Shown here: piece by piece, positions 13,251 to 27,489 of the stretch
Layout of the letters: each line of letters starts with the position of its first letter
Position numbering within the stretch: position 1 is the first letter of the stretch
Assembly (NCBI GenBank): GCA_030265395.1
Contig: JARFYF010000001.1
Span: 52,794,480 to 52,858,479, forward strand
Source of the DNA: Rhina ancylostomus
Taxonomy: Eukaryota
Length of the DNA stretch: 64,000 nucleotides
Direction: 5' to 3'
Program-made: the position numbers and the translations under genes
The notes under the pieces: model-generated
What the model saw: only the letters and a program-made list of their open reading frames with translations
What the model was told of the DNA's origin: nothing
Database searches by the model: none

Positions 13251-16200
13251 CACTATTTTTGTTCTTTCCAAATCATCCATAATTCTTTTCAATCTGACAG
13301 AGACAGATTGGTATAAGTACATGCCAAAGATCTTGATGACAGCAGTCACAGCTGTTGTGGGGGAATGCTGTGCTACACTTAACCCCTGATTACTTTGGGG
13401 ACTTTCCTGCAGATGGCAGTGAAAGTGCTCCTTGCTCAACACAACTCTGTATTTAAACAAAGAGTTCCCACAAAACTAGCATTCTCCTCTCTGCTCCCAC
13501 GATTTGTCTTTTCCCGCCAATCAATAGCTTATCAATAGCTTTTTCTGCTTCCCATTAGTCAAACCCACTAAACACCTGCTCTGGTGTTGAAGCAACCAGT
13601 CTGGTGTGTTGCAGTGCTTCACACAAGTTATTGATGCAATTTTGGCAACGGGCCAGTGCTTGGGAGAGAGTCAATCATTTACAAAGTATTCCCAAGGTAA
13701 TGAACTGAAAAAGAGGTAAAAATGGAGGAAATTCTAATCATTGCAGCAGAGTTCCATCTTCCATGTACCCATGTCTATACACTTCCATCCATCTTTCCAG
13801 ATTGGGATAGCTATGCATACACAGTGAGAACTCTCCCATCAATATTAAGCCAGTTAGCACAAATGTAGAGAATCCTGGTGGGAACAACACATCAATACGA
13901 GAATAATCAGTAACATCCTTTAAGGTGTTTATGTAATCCCTCAAACCAAACAGGTTTTGACTGAAACTTAAGCAAACAAGTGCTGAAGCAGAATGGATGA
14001 AGAAGAGACAGCCACAAAGTCCCCTCTTCCTTTATCTGGCAATCATAGTTTCAGGAGAAATGGGGGTTGGGAGAGGGGAACTGAATGAGATTCACTGTCT
14101 TGAATGGAGCAAAGCCCTTTGATGTTACAGAGCTTCACAACCCTCTCTCAATAGCTTTACACAGGCTGATTCCACAAAAAAATTTCAAGAGTATTACATC
14201 ACAGAGGCAGCATTTGAGGTCAGAGATCAAACCCAGGTCCCTGGAGCTGTGAGGCATCACTATGCAGTTAGAGCTTTTACTGGAGATCTCTCATTAGAGA
14301 TTTTGAAACAATTCTGGTTTAGATTACAACATCATACAAGAACACAAGCAAATAGGAGCAGGAGTAGGCCACCTGGCCCCTCAAGCCTGCCCTGCCATTC
14401 AATATGGTCATTGCTGATCCACTCTACATCTCAACTCTTCTTCTGTGCTAGTTCCACATAGCACTGAATTCCCTAATTTTTCAAAAATGATTCTGATTCA
14501 TTATTCTGAGAATCCAGATGGAAAAAGAATACATAAGTGGTGTAGAGAAAGATATCGCTTGCCAAAACTGTAATCCTGACTACATTTCATAAACTAGATA
14601 TGATAACAGAGTGGCCATCTAATTTTTTTTGCATCTATTGGAGAAACGGAAAACTTGAAGTTGTATCTTAAAAGTCAAAGCTATTAGCTTGATTCAAACA
14701 GTGTAATTGGCACCACTTTTATCTTGCCAGTAACAATTTGAAAGTTTCACACATTCTTTCCAATTCATTAAAGTACCCTGATAAAATCTGGATTTAAAAA
14801 GTGCCATGAAACAACTGAGGATTCCATGTGGTGATCATCATTTTACATGCATTATTTTTACAAAGTAATGATTACTATGGTGTTAATGAATAAGGTGCAA
14901 AAAACAAAAGAACTTTAAAATCACTTATAAATTTTTTTCCATCAGCCTTTAGAACATTCTGGTGAGCTCCTTATTAGCTGTTCTTATAACATCAAGGCCG
15001 CACTTCATTGCTTTCTAGATCAAATATAAAGATGGTGACCTCTCAACAGTGATCGCTGACCCACAAAATCACATTCAGTGGGGCTATAAATTTTTGGCTA
15101 TTTCAGAAAAAAATCACCACCTGCAGCTTTCGCCACCAATTCATAGTTCAAATCTGTAAAGTAAATAAGAATGAAATCAAGTGCCTTATTAGCAAGAACC
15201 ACACCAAGGATCTCCTAATTACCAGATACAAATGAAAACCAGATGTTCTTGGAAATAAAATATTCCATCTTAAATGCCTGCAGGGACATATGGTGAGTAA
15301 TGAAAATGTTTTATAATGTCCATCTGCAGAAGTACTCAAACATGTTNNNNNNNNNNAAATCACCAGAGGACAACTGTGTACCAATATAGCTTTCCTGCTT
15401 CTGCTTAAAAACTTAATTCAGCTAGATTAAAGCTTTTCTGGAATATTCCAAAGGGAAAGCAAAGTCAGGAACAACCTCCATTGCCTTAAAAGATTGCATT
15501 TAAGAGGTTCAGATTTGCTCGGTGCAGCCTTTCTTATACCATATGTACCTGCCTTCTTTGCTCAAATGGTTAAGGATACAATAGTGATTGACTGAGGGAA
15601 AGCTACAGTTTTCAATAATAAAATCATTGAATTGTTTTTCACTTAACCTGCATTTTACTAAAAAGGAAGATATTTGTAATGTTTGCTGATTATCATGGAT
15701 TAGGCAAATTATTTTTCTGTTAATTGTTTACAAACCAGTGCACTTAATAAAGCAAAGGATAACATCCTGTAAGTTGGACATGTCCTATGAACTAATCATT
15801 ATATACTGTAGATAAAGAATCGAATTGAGCTGATTCTGCTGGTATGTGGATGCAAGCTAATGACCTACCCATGTAAATGGAAGGTTAGAGGCAAAAAGAA
15901 TGCTGTCAAAGATACATTGAACATTCACCTGTAGTTCCATTGGGAAATTATTAGACCATTTTCTTCAAAAATCAATAGCATTAGTGTCTCAGGGAATTCT
16001 AGAAACCTGATTGATTGATGTCAAAGATTACATCTCCAAGCCAATACGGTGTAAGGGAAACTTCAGCAAATCTCCCAGTGTTAACTTGCTGTCAAGTTTT
16101 ATCCCAATCCCCAGTGTGAAGGCAATGTACAATGGTAGAGCTTTCTAGTAAACACCATCACATGATGTAAATACCGTCAGATGGGGGTGGGATCTGAGGC

Positions 16201-18789
16201 ATGGCAAACTCCACCCACAAAATAGATTTAAAAAATTGACAGCCAGCTATTTCATGGCGCTTGCCTCAGCCAGCTGTCAATTTTGTCAAACGTTTTGAAT
16301 GGTGGTCGAATATTTTTGAACATTTATGACATTCAAATATTTTTTAAATGATTACAAATAAAACAGACTCTTATAAATAAGACACAAGAATAAGTTCACT
16401 CAAAATAATATCAAAAACATTTAACTAAAACAAGAAAGTAAAAAAGTATTTACTTTGCTTCTCACCACCATTATTTGCCATTCAAACAAATGGAATCACT
16501 GTTTCCAAGTCAGGTCTAATCNNNNNNNNNNNNNNNNNNNNNNNNNNNNNGGGCATTGCCATGACCTTGTGCTCTGTCACTGGACTCCACAAGAAGGCCA
16601 ATGTTGAAGCACAGCTGGGAAAATACAGCCAGCAGGCTGGGGCTTCCATGCTTGCTTTCAAATTCCAAACTTAGAGGCATTTACATGCAGAAATGCCAAT
16701 AGTTTTGTACAGACTTGTCCACAAAATCCAGCAGGGAGTTGGAAGTGGACAGTAGAGAGAGAGAGGAGGACAGGCAGTAAAAGGGAAGAAGAGATGGAAG
16801 AGAACATTAATTTGAGAAACCAAGTGGGAATCTGTAAGCAATCAAGAATCATTTCTAGTTCTTAATAAACATACAACTCCAAAAAGATGTTCAGTACTCA
16901 AAAAGGTTAATTGGCAGCAAGTTATTTCAGGGATTGTGTATGAATGGCAAAAAAACTGCTTCTTTCATACTCCCTTTCATAATATCCATATCTGCCTTAC
17001 CTTAAGTTTCACTTACCCAAGACGGAGTTGAGAATGATCCTTTGGGATATGCTAAAAGGAGACTACCAGAATTAACCAATGGGAAATGGGCAAGGAGTAC
17101 TAAATGCCCTTGTACATAAGGGAGGAGACAGTAGACTTGAATAGGCTGAGAGGCAATATAGTAACAGATTACATGGGTTTCAGAGTGCCAGGCAGAAATT
17201 GAGAGGACAAGAATTCCAGTGCAGACTAAATCGATCAAAGATGAAAATGGCAAAAATAAACTGGGAAGAATGTTCCTTTGAATTGAGTCAGGAGGGTCTG
17301 AAGAGGGTGCAATGTCTTTGTGAACTGGGGTCATTAGAAGGGGAAATGAGTTTAATGCAAGTGGTTAGAAGTTTACTGTAATTTATTACTCAATTGTTTT
17401 TCTTTGATTTAAAGTGCAACAATATTGTTTCTCCCACTTGACTGCAATATAAATTTAATTTATAAATGGTATGATAATATAATTAAGTCTATGGGGTAAT
17501 ATAAATAAGTCTAAGGTTATTAATATTTCCTGACTCAGCTCTGACAATGGGCCATAAACAAGCCTGCCCTGTCATCTTCAAAGCTTTGCCTCCCAACAGT
17601 TTAAAAAAAATCAGAGAAAATTGGGACACCTCATTACTATTTTATGCATCAGGAGCTTCTTGAAATAATCATCCACAGCCCACTCTGCAAACCCAAATCC
17701 AAGCACACCCTCTCTACCAGAGCAAAACTAATCCCAAATTAAGGAAAAAGTGCTGATCTCACAAAATTAATGATGCCTACCCAAGAACAGCCATTCACTA
17801 TACACTACATGTGAAGCTAAATCACTCAAGTTTACGATACCCCATAATTGCTAGTAGCAAATGTATGTGAGCAGCAGAAGATTATGCATGCAAAGCAATA
17901 GGAACGCTGAGTAAAATAAAAAATGGCATATTTTTTTCCTATATTTGTACATCCAAACAATAATAGATTGAAACTTCAAAATGAAGAAGGAAAGAGAAAC
18001 TAGATTATGAGGGAAAATGACAAAGGACATTAAAAAAAATATTTATAATATCTCCAGTAATCACTGCCTGATGGAATGAAATTCTATTATAATAGTTCAT
18101 TTTCACATCACACAGGTGAATAATTAATACACCACATGGCTATATGGATACGTAGGTTGGAGTCTAAAAGACTTAACTTTCTGGTAAGTATATACTTACT
18201 GCAGTGAAAAAACAGATTTATGCTGTCCAATATGCACCAGAGAGATGTTTGATTTCTCAGTCCAGACTGAAACGTTAGCTCTTTTTTTCTTCACAGATGC
18301 TTCCTGACCTGCTCAGTATTTCCAGCATTTGTTTTTATTTCAGATTTCCAGCATCTGTAGCTATTCTTTGATTTTCAAATATAATCTAGCTATCAGTACA
18401 TGCATCCTTTCTCCATATTTCTTGGATCTAGTCAACGGTTATTTCTATCTTCCTCAGGTGACGAATCCAATCATCTGATAATAATTTGATCTCTATTGCT
18501 TCAAGTTTTACACAAGTCTTAATGTATATTGCCAAGTTTATCCCGGACTCTCTGTTCTCGTGAAATACTTAATTTGCTTCATTAGAAGCATGTTAAAAAG
18601 TTCTAAATAAAGCCATTCTTTTCTTGTTAATTGGACTTTGTTGGCACAATTTCAGCATTTTATTCTGAATCTGTATGCAAGTGTAAAGTGAACTTCTGCC
18701 AAAAATACCATCCCTCGTCTTCAAAACACAGATTCTACAATGATTATAAAATGTAGTTTCAGGGGCTAAATTAAGAAATTAAACAGGAG

Positions 18790-21700
18790 CAGCGCAGGAA
18801 TAGAAAGATAGAATAGATGAATGTGTGGCTGAGGAACTGATGCAGGGTTTCATGTTCCTGGATCATTACAACATTTTCTGGGGCAGCAGTGAACTATGCA
18901 AGAGGGACGGGTTGCACCTTAACTGGAGGGGAACCAATATCGTGGCTGGAAGGTTCACTAGTGCTACTCAGGAGAGTTTAAAATAGTTTGGCAGGGGGAT
19001 GGGAATCAGAGCACTAGGTCAGAATGTAGAGGGATTGAGAGGAACGTGGATGTCATGACCAGCAAGAACAGGCAGGAGCAAGGTAACAGACACAATGGGA
19101 CACATGGGTTGGAGTGTGTGTTACTAATGCTAGGAATATTATGGGTAAGGGTGATGAACTTACAGCATGGATCAGTACATGGAACTATGATATTGTGGCC
19201 ATAACAGATCTTTAGTTGAAAGAGGGACAGGAATGGATGCTTAATGTCCCAGGGTTTCAATGTTTTAGAAGAGATAGAGGAGGTAGAAAGGGATGGGGGA
19301 CGGGGGAAAGAGTTGCGCTATTAATCAGGGCAACACAGCTACATTCAGAGGGGACATAATGCAAGGCTTATCCACTGAATCTATATAGGTAGAACTCAAA
19401 AATAAGAAAGGTCCAATCACTCTGAAGGGATTATACTACAGAGCGCCCAATACCCACTGAGATATTGAGGAACAGATATGCAGAGAGATAGGGAAAGGTG
19501 TATGAACAACAGAGTTGTTGTAGTGGGTGATTTCAACTTCCTTAATATAGACTGGGACCTCCTTGGTGCAAGAGGCTTAGATGGGGCAGAATTTATTAGG
19601 TGCATCCAGGAGAGCTTCTTAAATCAATATGTAGATAGTCCAGAAAGGAGGGGCTTGGTGTCGGGTAACAAACCTGGCCAGGTGACTGACCTATCAGTGG
19701 GAGAACAGTTAGGGAATAGTGACCACAATTCCTTAAGTTTTAAGACAGCTATAGATAAGGATAAGTATGGACCTTGCGGGAGATTATTAAATTGGAGCAG
19801 GGTAAATTATGGGAGTATTAGGCAGAAACTAGGGAGAGTTAATTGAGAACAGCTGTCTTTGGGCCAGTCCACATCTGACATATGGAGGGTATTTAAAGAC
19901 CAAGTGCACAGAATACAGGAAAAATATGTTCCATTAAGGAAGGACAAGGATGTCAATTAAGGGAACCTTAGGTGACAAGAAAGGTGGTGAATTTAGTCNN
20001 NNNNNNNNNNNNNNNNNNNNNNNNNNNNNNNNNNNNNNNNNNNNNNNNNNNNNNNNNNNNNNNNNNNNNNNNNNNNNNNNNNNNNNNNNNNNNNNNNNNN
20101 NNNNNNNNNNNNNNNNNNNNNNNNNNNNNNNNNNNNNNNNNNNNNNNNNNNNNNNNNNNNNNNNNNNNNNNNNNNNNNNNNNNNNNNNNNNNNNNNNNNN
20201 NNNNNNNNNNNNNNNNNNNNNNNNNNNNNNNNNNNNNNNNNNNNNNNNNNNNNNNNNNNNNNNNNNNNNNNNNNNNNNNNNNNNNNNNNNNNNNNNNNNN
20301 NNNNNNNNNNNNNNNNNNNNNNNNNNNNNNNATGTGAGGGCATTTTGACATAAAGGAGGAAGTGGTGTTGGTTCTCTTAAGGAATATTAAGGTGGATAAG
20401 TCCTCAGGGTCTGATGGGATATACCCCAGGTTACTGAGAGAGGAAGAGATGAGATTTGCTGGGGCCTTGATGAATATATTCATGTCCTCTCTAGCCACAA
20501 GCGAGGTCACAGAGGACTGGCAAGTAGCTAATATTGTTCCATTATTCAAGAAGGAAACCAGAGATAATCCTGGAAATTTATAGACTGGTGAGTCTCACGT
20601 CAGCAGTAGGCAAGTTACTGGAGAGAATTCTTAGGGATAGGTTTTACAAGCATTTGGAAAACCATGGCCTAATTAGGGAGAGTCAGCATGGCTTTGTGTA
20701 GGGCAAATAGTGTCTTACTAACTTGACTGAGTTTTTCAAGGAGGTGACAAAGGTGATTGATAAAGGTAGAGCTGTGGATGTTGTCTACATGGATTTTAGT
20801 AAGGTATTTGACAAGGTTCCACTTGGGAGGCTCATTCAGAAGATTAAGATGCATGGGATCCATGATGAATTGGCCGTTTGGATTCAGAATTGGCTTGCCC
20901 ATGGAAAACAGAGGGTAGTAGTTGATGGGACTTATTCTGGTTGGATGTCTGTGACTAGTGGTGTTCCACATGGATCCATACTGGGACCTCTGCTGTTTGT
21001 AATATATATAAATGACCTGGACGAAAACATAGATGGGTGGGTTACCATGTTTGAAGGTGATACGAAGATTGGTGGTGTTGTGGATAGCATAGAAGACTGC
21101 CAAAGGATACTGTGGGATATAGATCAGTTGCAGATATGGGCAGAGAAATGACAAATGGAGTTTCCCCCGGCCAAATGGTAGGCACAACATTGTGGGATGA
21201 AGGGCCTGTATTGTGCTGTACTGTTCTATGCTCTAAATGTGAAGCATTGGACTTTGAGAGATCAAATGTAANNNNNNNNNNNNAAGTCCATAACTCCCTG
21301 GAAGTGGCTACACAGATTGATAGGGTAGTAAAGAAGGCATCTGGCAGGCTTGCCTTTATTAATCGAGGCACTGAGTTCAAGAGCTGGGAAGTTATGTTGC
21401 AGCATTATAAGACTCTAGTTAGGTCGCATCTGGAGTATTGCATTCAATTCTGGTAGCTCCATTACAGGAAGGATGTGGACGCTTGGGAGAGGGTGCAGAA
21501 GAGGTTTACCAGGTTGCTGCCTGGATTAGAGGGCAGTGCTATGAGGATAGGTTGGATAAATTTGGATTGTTTTCCCTGAAGCAGTGGAGGCTGAGGGGAG
21601 ATCTGAAAGAGGTTTATAAGATTACGAGAGGCATAGATAGACAGCTGGTATCTTTTTCCCCAGAGTTGAAATGTCTAATACCAGAGGGCATGCATTTAAG

Positions 21701-22580
21701 TTGACAGGGGGTAAATTCAAAGAAGATGTGTGGGGCAAGCTTTTCTTTTACACAGAGTGGTGGGTGCCTGGAATGCACTGCCAGGGGTGATGGCGAATGC
21801 AAATATGATGGAGGTGTTCAAGAGGCTCTCAGACAGGCACATGAATGTGTATGAAATTGGAACTGGAATTGGCTTATTATTGTCACTTGTATCGAGGTAC
21901 AGTGAAAAACTTGTCTTGCATATTGTTCATACAGACCAATTCATTACACAGTGCCTTGAGATAGTACAAGGTAAAACAATACAGAATGCAGAATAAAGGT
22001 CACAGCTACAGAAAAAGTGCAGTGCAGGTAGACAATAAGGTGCAAGGTCATAACGAGGTAGATTTTGAGGTGAAGAGTCCATCTTATCATACTAGGAAGC
22101 CGATCAATGGTCTTATAACAGTGGATAGAAGCTGTCCTTGAGCATGGTGGTACGTGCTTTCAGGCTTTTGTATCTTCTGCCCGATGGGAGAAGAGAGAAT
22201 ATCCAGGGTGGGTGGAGTCTTTGATTATGCTGACTGCTTAGACAGAGGCCAGGGTGTTGGGGGGGTGGTGGTGGTTGCTGAGACTGCTTTCCATAATGTG
22301 CTAAGCTGTGTCCAAAACTCTATGCAGTTTCTTGCAGTCCCGGGCAGAGCAGTTGCCATATCTGGCCGTGTTGCCTCCAGAGAGGATGCTTTCTATGGTG
22401 CATCGATAAAAATTGGTGAGTATCAACAGGGACTTGTCAAATTTCTTAAGCCTCCTGAGGAAGTACACGGATATTGTGCAGGCAGAAGGGATTGGTTTAG
22501 TTGGGCATTTGATTACTAATTTAATTTGCTTGGTACAGCATCGTGGGCCATAGAGCCTGTTCCTGTGCTATGCTGTTCTG
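18790..22580 (+). mobile_element. Long decayed CR1 LINE: end of esterase-type ORF1, ORF2 endonuclease and RT, 3' tail; two nested inserts
   Basis: ORF1 end FLDH...RDGLHLNWRGTNI (about 18850-18990). Endonuclease WISTWNYDIVAIT, VVVVGDFNFLNIDW, LGNSDHN. RT AVDVVYMDFSKVFDKVP, SGVPHGSILGPLLFVIYINDLD, with the catalytic FADD degraded to FEGD. C-terminal YKTLVRSHLEYCIQFW and RVVGAWNALP. Many stops and frameshifts; tail resumes at about 22465-22580. Confidence 0.93.
21856..22465 (-). mobile_element. Rex1/Babar-clade LINE 3' fragment nested in the CR1 tail
   Basis: Minus strand reads YFLRRLKKF...LPSGRRYKSLKARTTMLKDSFYP, the typical Rex/Babar C-terminus, followed by a 3' UTR and a short repeat tail. 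Confidence 0.8.
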
Positions 22581-24684
22581 CGATCTATCCCATAAGTCTG
22601 CTCTGCCATTCAGTGGGTTCATCCCTGATCTCTGATCCCATGTCCACTTTCTCACCAGATCCCTTAATTCCCTCGGCAGTCCAAAAATTCACTGATCTCA
22701 GCCTTCTATGTACTCACCTGCAGCATAAATACACTGTTCCAAGTATATACAATGCTGAGAGTAAAGATATCAGTACTAAACAGCCAATCTCTATTCTGAG
22801 TTGATATGCACTTAGCTACAAATACTCAGCCATGGGAACCAGCTTGTCACCATCTTTCTTTCTCAGAATCTTATATTTCTTCTAAACATTTTCAGTATCA
22901 AATAAAAGAATGTAAAGGACAATCCTTCAAGAATTTGACATATGCCTCTGTAATTAGTATTACTTAAGCCAGTTTAGTTATTAAATCCATAGAATCTGAT
23001 GATTTGTGATTGATGCAAAATTGAAATCTTCATGGCCTTTCTTGTTTTACTGAGCAGGTGTATAAAACAATCGTAATAATCTGTACTAATTAGTCAAAAG
23101 TCCATTGCAGGAGAGGGCTTGTCTCATATCTAAGTGTTTTTCTGTCTGAATTTTTTAAATAAAACGGAGTCAAGTATAATTTAAAAAAAATATTTGAAGC
23201 AATTTTTAAAGGAGCAGGATTTTTAGGTTAATATTTCAAACTCCAGCAACTGTACAAGCTTTTCTGAATAATCTTGCAGCTTGAGAAACTATGTGTACTC
23301 TAGCTCATTCCTTCACGTACGTGCTGTGACATGCAGTCTAACTGGCCCCAGAGATCTCCCAGTGATTTAACCTTTTCATTGGCTAGTGATAATATTATTT
23401 TGACTACACTATTTGCATATTACCAAGGAGTTTATTGCATGAGGAAAATATTCAAAGTAATGTGCTTAAAGTAAATGTAAAATGTAATGAATGGGCTTTT
23501 CCTGTATCACAAACAGAGAGGTCGGCCATAGACTCAGGCGCAGACAGTGAGGTATTAGAGGTTAAAGAAAACTACGATGCAAGGTGAACACACGACCTAA
23601 AGCAGGTCAAACATAGTCACAATGTTTTGGGGTGTTTTTCAATGTTAAAAAAGTTTAAAAATGCACATTGTTTGCAAGTGGATGAAGTCACACTTAGGGA
23701 AGCTTGGATAATGGAAGATACCAGGCAGAAAGGCATTGAAATAGCTGAGGCTGGAGAAACAGAAGCATGGATTAGGGTTCGCTAGCAGAAACTGCTGAGA
23801 CAAGACTGAAATGGCCAATTTCACAGAGGTAGGAATAGGCGGCATATGCGTTGGTGAGGGATACAGTTTCAATCTCAGTTCTGAAGCAAGTATCATGTGG
23901 TTGTTTTCTATCATTTTCTGCTTCGTCTGGTTCATCCTGAGACAGCGGCCAGGAAGAGAGTTAAAGTCAATGNNNNGGGGAAAAAAAAATTGTGGTGGGG
24001 CCAAAGATTACATCTTCAGTGTTTCTCATAGTCAACACATTGGAAAAGTAGAAAGAAGATGTAATCTTTTTTCTGCAAATCATAAATTCTCTTTTTCTTG
24101 TGTGTGATTGCACCAAGAAACCTTCTAGGCATTGATCATTTAATAAAGAGAATGCATAATTTGCATTGGATCACAACAAATTACATTATCTACATTGCCT
24201 CCTACTAACTTGTTTTCTCCATACTCTTCTTCAGGCATCTGTATGTGATGTACTTTTCCTTAAGTAGGAGGACAACGAAGTAGCATTGTTTCAGAATTCT
24301 GCCACCAGAGCTATTGCAATTTTTCCAATAGGAAGTGTAGAAGATGACTTAAACTTTGTTTGCACCAAGCTCAGTTCAAAACAGGAATCCAAATTTTCCA
24401 AATCATGATACAGTGTAAACCTCAGTACATCCTTCCTTGTAGCATGTTAGTTCTGAAACAAAATTAACTTTGCAAACAATTTCAAATTAAAGAATGTGGT
24501 TGCTGTGTATCTAAAAAAAATAGTGAACGCACATTGCTGAAAATTAATTGTAATTAAAATGAAACAACTTCAGCCATGAAATTAATTTCATGGCTGATTC
24601 ATGTCATGCATAATCTCTATTTCAATAAAAACCAATAACTAATTTAAAACTGTTTAAATCGTACTAGATAAACAGTACATAAAA

Positions 24685-25010
24685 ACATACGAGTTAAGAG
24701 TGGAAGGCAGCCAGCTGGCCCTTCAAGCCTGTTCTATCATTCAGCAAGCAGTTAGAAGGGCAAATATTGGTTTTATTGCAAGAGGATTTGAGCACAAGAT
24801 AGAGGTCATACTGCATTTATGTATAGTTTGGCGAGACAGTACTTGGAGTATTCTGTATAGTGTTAATCTCCTTACCTAAAAAAGATATATTACTACTGAG
24901 AGAGGTCAGAAAAAAACATTGTTAGACTGGTTCCTGGGAAGGCTGGTTTGCCATTTGAGGAGAGATTGAGAAGACTAATGATGTATTCTCAAAAGTTAAG
25001 AATGAGATAG
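24685..25010. mobile_element. Degraded CR1 fragments (inverted 3' tail next to forward C-terminal coding piece)
   Basis: GGCCCTTCAAGCCTGTTCT tail in reverse, then GFIARGFEHK...LEYSV-like CR1 segment. Confidence 0.55.
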
Positions 25011-25249
25011 AGAGGGCAGAAGGACTTTCACCAGTAAAGCATATGGGTAATGTGTCTTAACAGAGCAATTGCCCTTAGTTATCCTAGGTGAAAAGCAATA
25101 CCTATGAACAAAGCTGAAAAAAAAGTGTTATTAAGCTGGTGCGAGTGAAGTCAATAACACATAATATTTTGCAATGTATAGATGGAGGGAAAGGGGGCTC
25201 TCAATTTAAGGAGAGAAACTCATCTGCTTTTTCTTGGCAAGAAAGGTGC

Positions 25250-25450
25250 ACATAGATGACGTTTGCCAAATATGGTGCAGAATGCATCCGATGGCACCCG
25301 CAAGTTCTCATGCCAAGAAGCATTCTGACATTCGCAATGCAATTGAGCAGACAATTAGTCTGCTGAAGCAACAGTTCTGTTGGCTGGATTCTTTGAATAC
25401 ACACTTCAACACACTCCAGTAAGGGTTGCCCTGCTTTACCTTCCTCAATC
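25250..25450 (+). mobile_element. PIF/Harbinger transposase C-terminal remnant
   Basis: KKHSDIRNAIEQTISLLKQQFCWLD followed after a frameshift by LQHTPVRV. Confidence 0.7.
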
Positions 25451-26139
25451 TATATATGGGCTTAGTATTTTTCCACCAGCTGCAGAACAGAAAGAGGAGA
25501 GAGGATGTGATGTCAAGTGGATCTTTCTAGCTGTATATTCAAAGAGATTTATGCCTTCCAACTTCAGTGAAGAGAACTTATAGCAAATCACTACAGCTCA
25601 GGGACTGTATCAGTCAGTGGTCATACACCACAAGATCTGGACAACATCTTGGCTTATGTAACATTGAGGCAGATTGTACATAGTATGGAAACCATTAGAG
25701 TTGATAGAAAACAAAGTGATTTCAAAGTTGAATAGATTAATAATCAAGACATCAACATGAGTATTGACACAGCAGCTGACTGCTCCATTATGAGAAGGAA
25801 TATGCAAGGCCAATACCTAGTGAGGTGCTATTTGGAAGAAGCACATTACTTGGAGACTATATTCCGGCAAGACCCTGAGAATACCACAACAAATGGAATG
25901 TGCGTTGCTCTGCAATAAGTAAAAGGCAAGGCTACTGATTATAGAAGCTGATTATGTGAATGAGCAATGTCTGTTAGGAAGATGAGGATGGATTAGGAAA
26001 ACTTATTTAGTGTTAATGTTGTAATTGTGTTTAAAGAACAGTATGAAGATATGCTTAAGTTAACACACAAGAACTAAAAATGCACAAGATCACATTGGTA
26101 TAAACCAAATACCAAACAACATTGACCAGGATTTCCTTA

Positions 26140-27235
26140 GTGCAAGGAGCTTGGATGAGATGGAACTTGTTAAATGCACCCAAGAAGGGATTTTTTGAAG
26201 CAGTATGTAGAGAGTCCTGTGAGGGAGGCTCTGTACTTGACCTTATCTAAGAGAATGGAGATGGGCAGGTGACACAAGTGTCTGCAGGAACCCTTGGAAA
26301 ATAGTGAACATAGTTCAGTCGGCTTCAAGGTAGTTATGGAAAAAGATAACATTGTTCTTTGATTCTAAACTGGATGATGGTGGATTTCAGTTGTGCAAGT
26401 CAGGACCTGGGAGAAGTAGATTGGGAACAGCTGCTCAAAGGGAAAACCACATCTGATAAAGGGGGAGGCATCTAAAAGCAAAATGGTAAGAGTTCAGAGT
26501 CAACATGATCCTGAAAGGGTATGAGGGAAAAATAGTGTCTTTAGGAAACCTTGGTTGACGAAGGATATTGAAGGCTTGATCAGGAAAAAGGAAGTGTATA
26601 TCAGCTATAGGAAATTGGTATTGAACGAGACTTTTGAGGTTTATAGGGGATCTAGGGAAGAAACTTACAAAAGTGGACCCTGAAATGACCTTGGCAAATC
26701 GGATTAAGGAGAATCCTAAAACCTTTTATGTATATTAAAAGCAAGAGGGTAGCTAAGGAAAGAGTAGATTCCCTGAGGGACCAAAGGATAATCTATGTTT
26801 GGAGCCAGGGGATATGAGCAAGGACCTAAATGAACACTTTTCATCAATATTCCCCAAGGTGAAGGATGTGAAGGCTGGAGAGTTAAGGGAGGGGCATGTT
26901 GATATTCTGGAGCATGTCTGTATCAGGAAGGAGGAAATGTTAGAAATAGTTTTGCACATTGGGATGGATAAATCCCTCGGACCTGATGTGATCTATCCCA
27001 GATGCTAAGGGAAGGAAGAGAGGAGATTGCTGAGGCTCTGATGGAGATTTTTTGCATCTTCATTAGCCATGGTGAGATGCCAGAAGACAGGAGGATAGCT
27101 AACATTGTCCCATAATTCAAAAAGGACCATAGGGATAAGCCTGGAAAATGCAGTGGTAGGGAAGTTGTTGGAGAAGATTGGGGAAGATGGAGAATTTATG
27201 ATTATTTGAAAAGAAAGAGACAGATTAAGAGTCAG
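26140..27235 (+). mobile_element. Degraded CR1 ORF2 fragment
   Basis: LANRIKENPKTF, DLNEHFSSIFP, DKSLGPDVIYPR, IANIVPIF-like motifs. Confidence 0.85.
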
Positions 27236-27489
27236 CTCAGGCTAAAAGAGGTGAGCAAACTGGAGTGGCATAAGGTACTGTGGAGAGTATCACAGGGAAT
27301 GAGTGAAACACATCATAGCAATATACAGTATATGGCAAATAGCACCCCCTGGCTCGGCGAAAATTATAAAGTCACCCTTTTGCCATGTCTCATGATTTGA
27401 ATGCCAAATTGGCAACAGGGGAAAGATCACTAAAAGAGGTACAATCTGTGTAAGAAAGGCATTAGCAATGTCCTTTTCAGTGTGTAATA

